DNA of 63,995 nt, filler included, from Stramenopiles sp. TOSAG23-2 (Eukaryota): assembly GCA_900128395.1 (NCBI GenBank). It is 7 parts of 7 records of this genome, joined end to end, with 100 filler letters (N's around TTAATTAATTAA, not from the genome) between each part and the next. Parts side by side here need not be neighbours in the genome. Positions count along the whole stretch, not along the records: positions 27,843 to 55,552 come from LT649412.1; 6 more parts are not named here. One strand, written 5' to 3'. The number at the start of each line of letters is the position of its first letter. The stretch's first letter is position 1. Under the pieces are notes generated by a model that saw nothing but the letters and a program-made list of their open reading frames with translations, was not told the DNA's origin and searched no databases. Both the position numbers and the translations under genes were made by a program. Of this stretch, positions 31,001 to 41,044 are shown one piece after another.

Positions 31001-33874
31001 ACTTATAGCGCTATTAATCGCGTCAATCTTTCGTTGTTGCATTGCTTGCACGATAAACCTGATATTCATGAAATCTCGATTCACAGGCGTTAAGTTCAAC
31101 CTTTTTCCATATTCCATCACAGCTGCATGTACAAAAGAATTCTGACATCCGAATTTAGCTGCCCGTGCAATCTCATTTATAAACACCTGCGGTGACGTGT
31201 TATCGTCACCATCCATTATTGCTGTTATTCTAGCTCTTATGGCTTGATCTTGGCGTAGAAATCTTCTCGCTGACATGATGTCATTTTCTTGTAAAACGGG
31301 TGTTCCAAAGCGTTCATCTTCATCCAATATAGATAGACATTTTTCAGCATCTCGCTTTTGTATCGATTCCAAAATTTTAATTCGCATTTTCGTAGCTGGT
31401 AACATGTCTGGAGGAGACTCCGTATTGGATATGAGACGTATTTCTTGAGTAGTACCATGTTTTATCCCCCCTTTTGCAAATCTTATCTCGTCTAATCTTT
31501 TTACATGATTTCCCATAACTTCATCTTGACGATATTGTGTCAGCTTTCCTTCATCAATTTCAAAATTTTCATCACAAAGCTCGTGAACGACAAAGCTCAT
31601 AATAGTTGTAATTTCTTCAGCGCCAAGCTTAGTCCCTATACGTTCATCCTTTTCTTTTTGTTTCTCATCATCTTCCACTTTTTCTTCTTCTTCTTCTATA
31701 CCATGTTGCATTAATGATGCATTGGATTGTGGCGAAGAAGAAGAATCTTTTGTAAATTTTGATTTTGAATCAATAGTTGATAATACTTCATTTTCAGTTA
31801 TTACATCTTCATCTTTGAAATTTTCGTTTCTTTCTTCTTTATCACCTTCCATTAACATGGTTTGCATACTAATACCATTTTTATCATTATCTCTACTTTT
31901 GTTTTTATTTCTTTTTTCATTTCTAACTTTTACGGCTTCTTCATAATCAAAGTCAGTCCAATCGATATCGTTCATGTTATCACTACTTTTCATCTCTGCA
32001 GCAAAATCAAACATTTTATCCAGCATCTCTATTTTTTCTTTAATACTTTTTTCACTAGTTGCAAGTTTCCGTGGTGGAGAATAAAGCATATCGCCTAATG
32101 GAGCTGAATAATCATCATTTCCCTCGTCTTCTTTTTTAATTGCTTCTATATCTTCAGCGTCTGTAGTAGATACTGAATCAATATTGACAATTCCAAGTTC
32201 TTCTAATTCATGAAGAACAGTTTCCTCAAAAGAAGGATCCTCATCATACAAAGGACCATCTATTGGCGCATATTTGTTGCCATACAAATGAAGAAGCTTT
32301 GCCTTTAATTCATAATTCCTAGGCAAAACTCTACTTGTTCTACCAATTACGTCTAACATGTCTTGAATTTTTAGATGTAAAACAACTAACTCCCTACCAT
32401 GTTTTTCCATAGCATCGAAAATACAATGTGCTGCTGGCAAATTTAATGCTGTACAAAGCATGCATATAAAATATTCCACATCAAAAACGGAGGTAGCCGT
32501 CCTAATAAAAATTCTAATTTTAGGATGAATCTTTCGTATAACATCTCGCGTACCATAGTTTGCAAGCGTGAACGTCCCGAATCCCACAGATCTTTCTTGA
32601 AATTCCGCTGGTTCTAATTTTCTCAAAAGTTCTGGAAAGTCAAAATGTCCTCCTATGCGAATCGTCTTTACAGAATTTTCACTTTTTGACAATGTCATCC
32701 CGACTACGGGTATGATGCTTTCATCTAAATGATTATGCTCTATGAATAAAGATTCAACAGCACAAAGATCACGCGTGCTATCACATAATGATAATAGTAA
32801 CGCCCGCATCCCATCTAAGCCAATATTACAATAATTCAACTTTAACGTACGTAAATTTTTACATCGTGGCAATATCTTTGATAAAAAAACTGCACCACGA
32901 TCTCCAAGCATATTTTTAGATAAATCTAAATATTCAATATCACTTTGCAATAATAGGTTTAAGAGACACGACATATTACCAGGAGATATTTTATTACTGG
33001 ACAAATCTAATTTTTTAATCATTGGATTCATAATGATATATCTTGTAATTAAATTTAAACTAGTAATTATTAAATTGCCAGACAAGTTCATCTCCTTTAA
33101 ATGTACGCGTGTTGACAACAACCCACCAAACAAGGCTTTGAAACACACGTCATCTAATTGGCATTCTTGCAATGTCAATGCGACTAAATATTTCTCATTA
33201 TTTCTAATCCATTCAATTAATAAGCTCATATGATCCAATGCCATTGGTACAAATGCAAAATGAAACTTTTGTATAATCTGATGTCTTGGAGACACACCGC
33301 CCTTTGCAGTTTTGGAAAGAACTTGCAAGTTATTTACCGTAAGCTTTTGGTTTGTTATGTAGATAGTTGATATATCTTTATTACAAAGTGCATTTAACCA
33401 TCTAATACTCGGACTACTATAAGGTATGGCTTTACTCAGCGTTACATGTCTTTGTATTGCTTCCAAAATATCTAATGCGTAAACAAATAGTTCAACGTGC
33501 CGTTGTTTTGCAAAGGAAAAACGTAATGTTATATACTTGTATTGTTCACCGCTTTTTATAATAACTTGCCACGGCCAATTAGACTCTTTTTGCGGATTTA
33601 GAATACTTATATCGTAAATTTGTTCCTCATGGTTATGTAGTAGTAAATATTCTGGCCTTTCATGAGCTTCTTTGCTGTTTCCATATGACTCAAATTTAAT
33701 AACATCATCCTTACTTTTGAAGCCATAGACTCCATGAGAACTCATGACACTTACAAATATTCTAACATCATTACTTGGTTTATGGTCGTCTTCCGAATGC
33801 TCACTGACAATTGCTTCTTGGTAAAACAATAGCGAGTTACTCCAAGAACTAGTTTTTGGTATAATTCCAGACAT
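28097..33874 (-). CDS. 1925-aa protein: N-terminal RNI-like LRRs, central acidic/helical region, C-terminal MyTH4-FERM
   Basis: LRRs (LDLSSNKI, LDLSKNMLGDRG); MyTH4 EEMFIQLAK..NPS..GWEMM; FERM FIQYVKSFPFYG..F and IIVNANGVFIL. Confidence 0.8.
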   Translation of the reverse strand: MSGIIPKTSSWSNSLLFYQEAIVSEHSEDDHKPSNDVRIFVSVMSSHGVYGFKSKDDVIKFESYGNSKEAHERPEYLLLHNHEEQIYDISILNPQKESNWPWQVIIKSGEQYKYITLRFSFAKQRHVELFVYALDILEAIQRHVTLSKAIPYSSPSIRWLNALCNKDISTIYITNQKLTVNNLQVLSKTAKGGVSPRHQIIQKFHFAFVPMALDHMSLLIEWIRNNEKYLVALTLQECQLDDVCFKALFGGLLSTRVHLKEMNLSGNLIITSLNLITRYIIMNPMIKKLDLSSNKISPGNMSCLLNLLLQSDIEYLDLSKNMLGDRGAVFLSKILPRCKNLRTLKLNYCNIGLDGMRALLLSLCDSTRDLCAVESLFIEHNHLDESIIPVVGMTLSKSENSVKTIRIGGHFDFPELLRKLEPAEFQERSVGFGTFTLANYGTRDVIRKIHPKIRIFIRTATSVFDVEYFICMLCTALNLPAAHCIFDAMEKHGRELVVLHLKIQDMLDVIGRTSRVLPRNYELKAKLLHLYGNKYAPIDGPLYDEDPSFEETVLHELEELGIVNIDSVSTTDAEDIEAIKKEDEGNDDYSAPLGDMLYSPPRKLATSEKSIKEKIEMLDKMFDFAAEMKSSDNMNDIDWTDFDYEEAVKVRNEKRNKNKSRDNDKNGISMQTMLMEGDKEERNENFKDEDVITENEVLSTIDSKSKFTKDSSSSPQSNASLMQHGIEEEEEKVEDDEKQKEKDERIGTKLGAEEITTIMSFVVHELCDENFEIDEGKLTQYRQDEVMGNHVKRLDEIRFAKGGIKHGTTQEIRLISNTESPPDMLPATKMRIKILESIQKRDAEKCLSILDEDERFGTPVLQENDIMSARRFLRQDQAIRARITAIMDGDDNTSPQVFINEIARAAKFGCQNSFVHAAVMEYGKRLNLTPVNRDFMNIRFIVQAMQQRKIDAINSAISNIDEDSDQEQFMPLLLACEELMKKLRTAQDLLRDSIAIADLNRGVLVNLESSLFYAAQVKISNHNMLWDKAIEAHSKFAKDHAVEYCLKACVTTCNLTKLINFLENGDERMLSLPMYKHGVKIVQHTSYLVKIIETIENLKGFDDVIKHDINSLERSQEVLARIRELLEFANRIPVLTNGSFLPFEHVVSWYNGEEIDDAKTKDKGTSEDMKTVEKNEQNFLDEDGNIYDEKGRMLEDQSSLLAGQPSEDNNDDDDVKDEEHLLNELEDAVNLLDLKKHWEITSAIIQSEEQSLSSAKKRKRYVKLQLKMAACSDGALSSLFDESLLNAKAWNIDNDFVHIAKILSAVEEVRTGRADGYFVYCNFTLDGPASRMEEKYLMGLGADSPLRLECWENLRATMEFRSGSNKQIGLHMVDYSQQMLSFTRAGIPTSLTMLSEWESNEAVLIFNKIRTGIQRTKRSPSYFSTMRLLASRISLASKKFSEEMFIQLAKLLRKNPSSKELETGWEMMSVWLRTRHIDKNFLPTLKHFVFTQATYLFQQPGRDLQIVYRIARFCATILSNYDYFFEPCEASERFFEFSLQSPKVVQVLFPDNSWHEYKVLSFTSAAQLLEDICANEEQDVLRWRNLSLHFLNDEYNKTGRNSSRITKDAVRGPYASMLKPEEDVLWACGQYMVARKVLLPVRSTGYVQRLALVPYSILRNEPIFSAVEKLNQTSFARLGTDRLIYFHILNTLKEGKHTISMESYAFIASILHCLFNENNSKLMDKAEMYRTLKMCVPLKTLRIEGAKSMMSVRMQDFVKTFSKSETYNSEYFQTAFIQYVKSFPFYGGTRFDNLTVAIESHRRIKKFRSFIIVNANGVFILKRKTGRMVTFVTYKQMTAVALSQKDRFFQFMTNNSSIRVSAVWSICKDFCRAFSNYLSSLLRSHHGVVDLKPREIVYRWEKDKVFGTEITIPDPPQIELDEEEY

Positions 33875-34454
33875 CTTTCTAGTACGTTTTCTATAAAACA
33901 GAATTAATTCTAGTCACAGTTGTTTTAGATATTTATTTTATTACCGGTTCCTTTCAAGATGGTTCGTTGCGTTTGCCAGGATCTAATTATCTACATCTAT
34001 CTATGTTAAGCACTTTAATTAAGCATTATAATTTAAATTTGCTGGAGGATGATGAGTTAGTAGTTAGTAGTAGCAGTGTAATAATAGTGCAATATAAAGA
34101 AAAGGTTCAAAAAAGTACTATAAATATAATACTGTACTGTATATGTATAGGATATTAATAGATGCATATTACGTATTACGTATACACTAGCAAATAGCAA
34201 ATAGCAATTTGCAATTTACAAAATAGCACAGTCTTTTGTCTTTTGTTGTCCAGTCTTCCCAGCTTAGATTTCCAGCTGTAAGTGGACATACTACTACTAT
34301 TATTATATGCCAGTATGGAACATAAACACACCATCACATAAACCCGTTAATATTATTTATTATCAATATATATATATATATATACATATGTGGAAACAAT
34401 AGATATGCCCCCTCAGCTTCATTTATTATACTCCTTGAATAATAATAAACCATA

Positions 34455-35369
34455 ATGTCTTCTATGGATCGACAGCAGCTCGAAGAAACGATGAGCCTAC
34501 TACGAAGGTTACAATATCGTGACCAAGAGTTGGATATGTTGGCAACGAAATTGCGAAACGATAAAAAACTTGTACAAAGACACTTGGATTCACCATTAAT
34601 AGGTGTATTAGATGGTGGGAGAACATTGAGAAAAAAACTTGGTAAAATAAAGAGTCATATCAATGCACGACACGAAGAGAAAAAGTTGAATCTGGAATGC
34701 GTAAGAATCTTACGATATTTAATTGAGGAACAACAAGCTCAAAGATTAATTGTAAAGCGTTTAAAAGGAGAAATCACTAGATTGAAGCAGGAAAGATTAA
34801 TGAAAGACAGTATTGCAAGGCATCAAGAGTCATTTTATACTAAAGAAGATTTACAGACAGGTAAATCGTCTGTTTATAGCAACATTCCTAATTATATTCA
34901 AGGACCGCAGTCCAGTAACAACGCCAAATTGGAAGCTACAATAGAACAAATTCGGGAACATAATCGTGTCCTAGAATTAGAACAAGTAAATGGCATTAGA
35001 AAAAACGCATCATCCAATAAACTAATGAAAACTATAAAACCAAGACAAAATGAAGAAACAAGAGTAAGAGAGCAGTTTTTAAATGCGACTAACTCTCATA
35101 TACCACCATTAGCAATAACTCAATCATCACATGAAAATCCAATTCCAGAAAGAATATTACTACCCCCACCAGCTAGCCATAGCGGAATAGATTCGAGATT
35201 GTTTTCCATGGCACAAGCTGTATATGATCCATTAAGAAAGCAATATTCATGGATCCCGATGGGAATTATAAACGAGTTTGATGCAATGAAACTTTTATTA
35301 CAAGGTGGACAAACGCCTAATAAAATTTTAGCTAAGAAAAATTTGTCCAATCGATGGCAAACACATTAA
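34455..35369 (+). CDS. Hypothetical coiled-coil protein
   Basis: 304-aa ATG ORF, heptad-like charged N-terminal half. Confidence 0.75.
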   Translation: MSSMDRQQLEETMSLLRRLQYRDQELDMLATKLRNDKKLVQRHLDSPLIGVLDGGRTLRKKLGKIKSHINARHEEKKLNLECVRILRYLIEEQQAQRLIVKRLKGEITRLKQERLMKDSIARHQESFYTKEDLQTGKSSVYSNIPNYIQGPQSSNNAKLEATIEQIREHNRVLELEQVNGIRKNASSNKLMKTIKPRQNEETRVREQFLNATNSHIPPLAITQSSHENPIPERILLPPPASHSGIDSRLFSMAQAVYDPLRKQYSWIPMGIINEFDAMKLLLQGGQTPNKILAKKNLSNRWQTH

Positions 35370-35477
35370 AAACAAAAAAGACACACGATATCGATGCATA
35401 AAAAAAAAAAAAAATATACATTTTTTTATAAAAAATAGACTATACATATTACATAATATATATGCATATATATTGAT

Positions 35478-35519
35478 CGGGAGTAAAAGAATTCTATATA
35501 ACATATGAGTAAGAGAAAA
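35478..35519 (+). repeat. Dispersed ~50-bp element, copy 2
   Basis: CGGGAGTAAAAGAATTCTATATAACATATGAGTAAGAGAAAA. Confidence 0.7.
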
Positions 35520-35627
35520 ACACATAATATATATATATACTTGTATATCTCACAAAAATTTGCACTCCAACACATCACATGATATAGCCTTTAAAATATT
35601 AATCTATTTTCTGAGAGTGAATTCCTT

Positions 35628-38600
35628 TTAAAAATCGATATTTCTTTGTGCATACTCCATAATAGCTTCATCATCAAAATATTTTACAATGTTCAAATCA
35701 TCTCCTAATCCTTTGCGACGTCTAGTTTTTATAACAAAGTCTCTAGCTAAAGCATCTTTAGGTGCCTTTTCTAATGGATGTACTATAAAATTATCATCCA
35801 GTGGATCCCCAGGCACAAGCGACCAGTGATGAAATGATTGTTGACAAAATGCTTGGCCTTGTGTACGTATACGCAAATCAGTCTCGAAACCATACGATTC
35901 AACGGCAGGTATATAACCATTTAATACATGAAAAGGAGTGCCAGGTTTTCCTTTCTCATTTATTACGTTTCCACGCCTATTTTTGAATATTTTATATATT
36001 GCACGTACAGTATCTTCAAGGGTGACAACTTCAACTTTTAGTACAGGCTCTAATAATCGAGGAGACGCACTTAAAAAGGCGCTATTAACAGCTCTTCTTG
36101 CTGTTGGTATAATTTGACCACCACCACGACTAATAGGATCATTAGATATGATTGCATCTATAACGCGTATTTTTACTTGTCTCATAGGCTCATCACACAA
36201 CGGACCTTCCCTACAGCTCCATCTAAATCCTTGCACTACACTATCGCGTACATTTGATAATAAAGCACTATCAACTTCATACGGTAAAGTATCGTTTAAT
36301 AATATGTTTGTCCCCCTTTTTGCAGATGGACCAAATGCCCAGATAGAACGACTTGCCAATGCATCCCAATTGTAATTTTGTCGTAAAATTGTGCTTGCTT
36401 TTTTTTCGGTATTTCCTTTGAAGTGGAAATCATCAAAGGTACCCATTTTTTCATTATCGTTAGCTAAATTTTTATCTACTGGACCAGCAATCATGGAAAT
36501 CCTATTTTTTTTATTCGGTGAATATGCATTACATTTTAAAAAAGAATTTTTCACAACAGTTTCTCGAAAGCAAACAGATGGATCTGAAACTTTTATTTCA
36601 ATATCTGAAAATAATAATCGCAAATCATGCAAAACAACATCTAAATGGATTTCCCCAGTACCTGTGATAACATGTTCACCACTATCTTCAACCTTGGTAG
36701 ATAATAATGGATAACTTTTACTGGCACGACGTAATGCTTCAACCATTTTTGGCAATTCGGATGGTTTCAATGGTTCTACAGCAACTTTCATATTAGCCTC
36801 AGTATCAAATTTTAATGGTGCAAAAATCTCTACATCACTACACTCCTCGTTTGCAGATGTCAAATGTGTCACCGTAGCTGTTTTCACTACATGTTGATCA
36901 ATTCCTTCAAGCAATACAATCGAACCGACAGTTGCCATATCAATATCAATAGTATAACGAGCTTGCCCAATCAATATATTAGTAATAGTCGCTATTCCCA
37001 TATCTTCATCATCATCAGTTGAGGAATATTGTTCACCAAGTACACGAACACGATCGCCAGCACGGACGGTACCACTATATATACGCCCCAAGCATAGAAA
37101 TTTTGTCCCATCACCATTTGCATATTGTTTTACCACGTTAATAACTAAGGGCCCTTCCGGATTGCAACTTAACATACTCCGTGCAGGTATACTAGTCATA
37201 TCACCTTGATAATGGTTCAATACTTTTTTATGGGCATTAATCAATGGATTTGGAAATGTTTCAATCATCATATCCGCAATACTTTGTACACTATTTTTCA
37301 TAAACCTGCTCATAACTAAACGTAACATTGGATGCGGATCGAGCTTTAATTCCTTTTTACTCATATTTACACCATTTAAACTCTTCAAAAAAGATTTCAA
37401 TTCTTTATCTTCACGTCCAATCACATGAGAATAAATTTTATATATAGGTTCTAAAATGAATGAGACAAACGTCCTTTTAGAATTTACATCGATTTTTTTA
37501 TTCTTTGAACCAACAAAAAATTTATTTGTTTCATTATCGATGTATACATCACCCCATAAACGTTGAGCAAATGCTTTATGATTGATATTTCCACTATGAT
37601 TTTCTGAATATTTCTTCGCAAAACTATTCAATGTAAATGCCCAACGATGTTTTGCTGATGAAAAACAAACATTGCCTTTGGTTGGATTCAAGTATGGTTC
37701 ATTATTATTATTATTATGATTATTATTGTTATTTCTGTTGCCACTAGCCCCATTTCTATTTTTATTGCTATATTTACTACGATATTCTATATTAACTTCA
37801 TCAATGATCGATTGTAATTTAGAATAACAATCATTTGGTGGTAAACGCAATTCTGCTATAAGACGATCGCACTTTGATATAATTAATGATATTGGCAAAT
37901 TTTTCCTTGATGCTTCATGTATTGCATTTTTTGTTTCCATCAATACGCCTTCAATAGCATCTACGACCAAAATTACGCCATCTGCAAGGCGTAAAGAAGC
38001 TGTTCGCTCAGCAGTAAACGCGGTATGCCCAGGACAATCCATTAAATTGAATAAATGGCTTTTTTTTCTTAAATCTGGTAATAGTAAAGATACTGGACAA
38101 GATTTAATACTCATACCACGTGATTGTTCATCTTTACGTGAATCAGTATAACGTTTCTCGCAACTACTTGTAACTTTATTTTTATATGTACTTTCAATGA
38201 GCATATCAAACAAAAATGTTTTACCAGAATGCAAATGGCCAACAAAAGCAACGTTTCTAACTAGTGCCCTTGCAGTCATAAATCCGGTCAAATATTCACT
38301 TTCATATATAGTTTCTGGTATATCTTTATCTAATACCGATATAGAACGTGATTTAATTGGTTTTACCAAAGGTTCTGTAATATTTTGTGAATCTTCTTCC
38401 ATCGTTATCGTCTCAACATCATCGCCGTATATGTCACTAGCAGACGCATAATAGGATTTATCCTCATGCAACACAATTTCTGTTGAAGTAGCTGAGTTTG
38501 TAACATCTTGTTCAAAATTATTATTTGTTGCTATTTGATTCGTTCCATCATCCATATTCATCATCATATTATTATTATTCATTTCCTGGTCTGATTCATC

Positions 38601-38669
38601 CTCACTGGAAGATGATAAATCTGAACCAATATAATTTCCAAATTCATCATATAAATTTGTATCTTCCAT
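35628..38669 (-). CDS. EFTUD2: U5 snRNP 116-kDa GTPase Snu114
   Basis: N-terminal LYDEFGNYIG and VLHEDK.YY; GHLHSGKT, DCPGH, GGGQIIPTARR and KTRRRKGL motifs. Confidence 0.98.
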   Translation of the reverse strand: MEDTNLYDEFGNYIGSDLSSSSEDESDQEMNNNNMMMNMDDGTNQIATNNNFEQDVTNSATSTEIVLHEDKSYYASASDIYGDDVETITMEEDSQNITEPLVKPIKSRSISVLDKDIPETIYESEYLTGFMTARALVRNVAFVGHLHSGKTFLFDMLIESTYKNKVTSSCEKRYTDSRKDEQSRGMSIKSCPVSLLLPDLRKKSHLFNLMDCPGHTAFTAERTASLRLADGVILVVDAIEGVLMETKNAIHEASRKNLPISLIISKCDRLIAELRLPPNDCYSKLQSIIDEVNIEYRSKYSNKNRNGASGNRNNNNNHNNNNNEPYLNPTKGNVCFSSAKHRWAFTLNSFAKKYSENHSGNINHKAFAQRLWGDVYIDNETNKFFVGSKNKKIDVNSKRTFVSFILEPIYKIYSHVIGREDKELKSFLKSLNGVNMSKKELKLDPHPMLRLVMSRFMKNSVQSIADMMIETFPNPLINAHKKVLNHYQGDMTSIPARSMLSCNPEGPLVINVVKQYANGDGTKFLCLGRIYSGTVRAGDRVRVLGEQYSSTDDDEDMGIATITNILIGQARYTIDIDMATVGSIVLLEGIDQHVVKTATVTHLTSANEECSDVEIFAPLKFDTEANMKVAVEPLKPSELPKMVEALRRASKSYPLLSTKVEDSGEHVITGTGEIHLDVVLHDLRLLFSDIEIKVSDPSVCFRETVVKNSFLKCNAYSPNKKNRISMIAGPVDKNLANDNEKMGTFDDFHFKGNTEKKASTILRQNYNWDALASRSIWAFGPSAKRGTNILLNDTLPYEVDSALLSNVRDSVVQGFRWSCREGPLCDEPMRQVKIRVIDAIISNDPISRGGGQIIPTARRAVNSAFLSASPRLLEPVLKVEVVTLEDTVRAIYKIFKNRRGNVINEKGKPGTPFHVLNGYIPAVESYGFETDLRIRTQGQAFCQQSFHHWSLVPGDPLDDNFIVHPLEKAPKDALARDFVIKTRRRKGLGDDLNIVKYFDDEAIMEYAQRNIDF

Positions 38670-39339
38670 GTTTTTTTTGTTTTAATTTTAATTTCAATTT
38701 TTTCTCTGTCTGTGTCTCCTGAAAATGTCGTTTGTGTTGATCTTTTAATGAAAAATGGTTATGAATTTCATTACACCAAGAGGTTCTTTCATCAATAAAG
38801 ATATAAAAGTGATATTGCTTATTGGAATGTGAATGGAAGAAGAAGAATTTTAATGGTGGTGATGCGGTCGGCTGGTCGGCAGTCGGCAGAGATGAAAAAT
38901 AAAATACTTAAAAAGATAAAAAATTAATAGGTATATCAAACGTGTCAAATTATCAAGTTTAAGGTAATATATCGTACATAAAACGCTGCAAGTATATAAT
39001 TAAGGTACAGTTTGAATCTCATCAGCCTCTATATATAGTCTATAGTTTGCAAAAAAGCGTTTCCGTATAGGTGGTGCATCTCATGATCGTTTGTTGCGCG
39101 AATATTTTTAGGCAATGCAATGATACGTGCCTGTTAAAATAGACTCCTAATTATTTTATTACACACCAAACTCAACCCATTTATGTACAATACACAATAC
39201 CTGGTATAATCATCAAAGCAATCAGAGTGAAGAGAGTAAGAAAGACGAAGACACATATCCATATGTTTGAATATAACATTCTATCATTCTAATATATAAT
39301 TTATTTGTGATATAAAGTCGAGACATAGAACAAATCACG

Positions 39340-40608
39340 ATGAATCGTACCAATCGAACACCATCACAACAACCGCCACCAAGAGTGAGAAATTCACCTG
39401 GAAGTCCAACATCATCATCCAATAATAATAATAATAATCAAGCACCATCCATCATACCACCAATATCTACGACGAACAATAATAAATTTTTGAAAAATAA
39501 AACGTTAAATAAAACAAAAGAGTCTATAAAAACATTATCGTCACCAAGATCACCACAATCACCACGTATTATGCAACCACCATTACCACCACCAGAAGTT
39601 ATTAATAATGTACCATATCAAAAAGTTGACAATACGCTTCGACGCACTATAAATATTTTTGACAATAAGAACAATTTAAAAGCAATAGATCTTATAGAAC
39701 AATTTACAATATGCAATGCTAGTGCAGGAACTAGCCCAAATTTAAAAACAAATAAAACAGATGATTTAACGGGACTACAAACAGTCTTTGCTAGGAAAGA
39801 AATAGTTAACCATGTTCATTTAGCCTTATTATTAATGAAAACTTTTAAAATTTTACTTCGAAAATTAGGAAATAGAAGAGCTGTAAATCAACGTTTAGTC
39901 AGGGATTTAGTATATATTATGGAGAGTTGTATGAATGGAAATAAAGATGTATTAGCGATGGAATGTGCTAATGTATGTTTAAATTTATGTTATGAGATAG
40001 ATAATGTTGAATTATTAGTTGATAGTGGCGGTATTGTACCATTAACATATTTTTTAAATGCATGTAATGATGTCAAGTTACAAGCTAGTGCAGCAGGTGC
40101 TTTACAAAGTATTTGTTTTCAAAGTTATGGACGTGGTGCAGTTAGGGATACTGATAATTGCATCCATAGTTTAGTGCAATTAATGAAATCAAATGATCCT
40201 GTATTACAAGCTCGTACAGTTGGGGCAATACACAATATAAGTTCAGATACATTCAGTATACATATGATAAGGGAAGCTGGTGCAATTGATATTTTAATAT
40301 CACATTTACAATCTCCATATAAAGGTGTATGTGGTTCAGCTGCTGGGGCAATACAAAATTTGTCTAGGGAAGTTGCATGTAGAAATATAATATGTAAAAA
40401 TGAAAAAGCTGTTGAATCTTTATCAGATTTATTATTTGGTAGTGATATAGAAGCAGTTTCATGTGCTGTTGGTGCATTGTTAAATATTATTGGTCCAGAA
40501 CTTGGTGATGAATCTGTTAATAATGAAAAGCGCAATTCATTTAAGAAATTATTATCGGATAGTGTTGCAATGGGTGCAGTTTGGGGCGCCGTGTGGGAGA
40601 ATATGTAA
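39340..40608 (+). CDS. Armadillo-repeat protein
   Basis: Repeated AAGALQSI / VGAIHNIS / AAGAIQNLS / AVGALLNI after a low-complexity N-terminus. Confidence 0.9.
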   Translation: MNRTNRTPSQQPPPRVRNSPGSPTSSSNNNNNNQAPSIIPPISTTNNNKFLKNKTLNKTKESIKTLSSPRSPQSPRIMQPPLPPPEVINNVPYQKVDNTLRRTINIFDNKNNLKAIDLIEQFTICNASAGTSPNLKTNKTDDLTGLQTVFARKEIVNHVHLALLLMKTFKILLRKLGNRRAVNQRLVRDLVYIMESCMNGNKDVLAMECANVCLNLCYEIDNVELLVDSGGIVPLTYFLNACNDVKLQASAAGALQSICFQSYGRGAVRDTDNCIHSLVQLMKSNDPVLQARTVGAIHNISSDTFSIHMIREAGAIDILISHLQSPYKGVCGSAAGAIQNLSREVACRNIICKNEKAVESLSDLLFGSDIEAVSCAVGALLNIIGPELGDESVNNEKRNSFKKLLSDSVAMGAVWGAVWENM

Positions 40609-40811
40609 AATTTTACGTACATCTCTCTCAATACACACACACGAAGAGAGAAGTAAAATTAATTCTAGAAGATCATATCTGAAGTAATATAAAAAATTCT
40701 CTTATTTATACAAAGTTAAAAATTGTACGAGTAATATATATATATGTGGTTAAAATCTATCTGGAAGTAATATATACTCTCGTAATTTTCTCTACTTTAC
40801 TCAAATATATT

Positions 40812-40858
40812 ATAATTTTCTCTTACTCATAATATTATATAAATTTCTTTTACTCCCG
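40812..40858 (-). repeat. Dispersed ~50-bp element, copy 3
   Basis: Reverse complement reads CGGGAGTAAAAGAAATTTATATAATATTATGAGTAAGAGAAAATTAT. Confidence 0.7.
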
Positions 40859-41044
40859 TAATTTAAAATCTTAAAATCAAAAGTGATTTAAATACATATT
40901 TATTTTTATATACGAACGTATGATACATATATCACACGCGTATATGCACTATATCACATATCGTACATATCATACCTCCCCACCACACGAGGGAGGGCAG
41001 AAAAATATAATATCATACCAAAGGTATATTATATAATAGAAATA

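Noticed and set aside
37865-37885. Snu114 G4 motif reads SKCD rather than NKxD
   Set aside because: Single substitution in an otherwise intact essential gene; too little to infer altered function.
6241-38669. Possible alternative genetic code
   Set aside because: Conserved genes are uninterrupted and end at TAA, TAG or TGA where expected.
40125-40640. Antisense and overlapping short ORFs in the track (e.g. 40125-40640, 12536-13021, 59351-59773)
   Set aside because: Shadows of real genes on the other strand or frame; no independent motifs.
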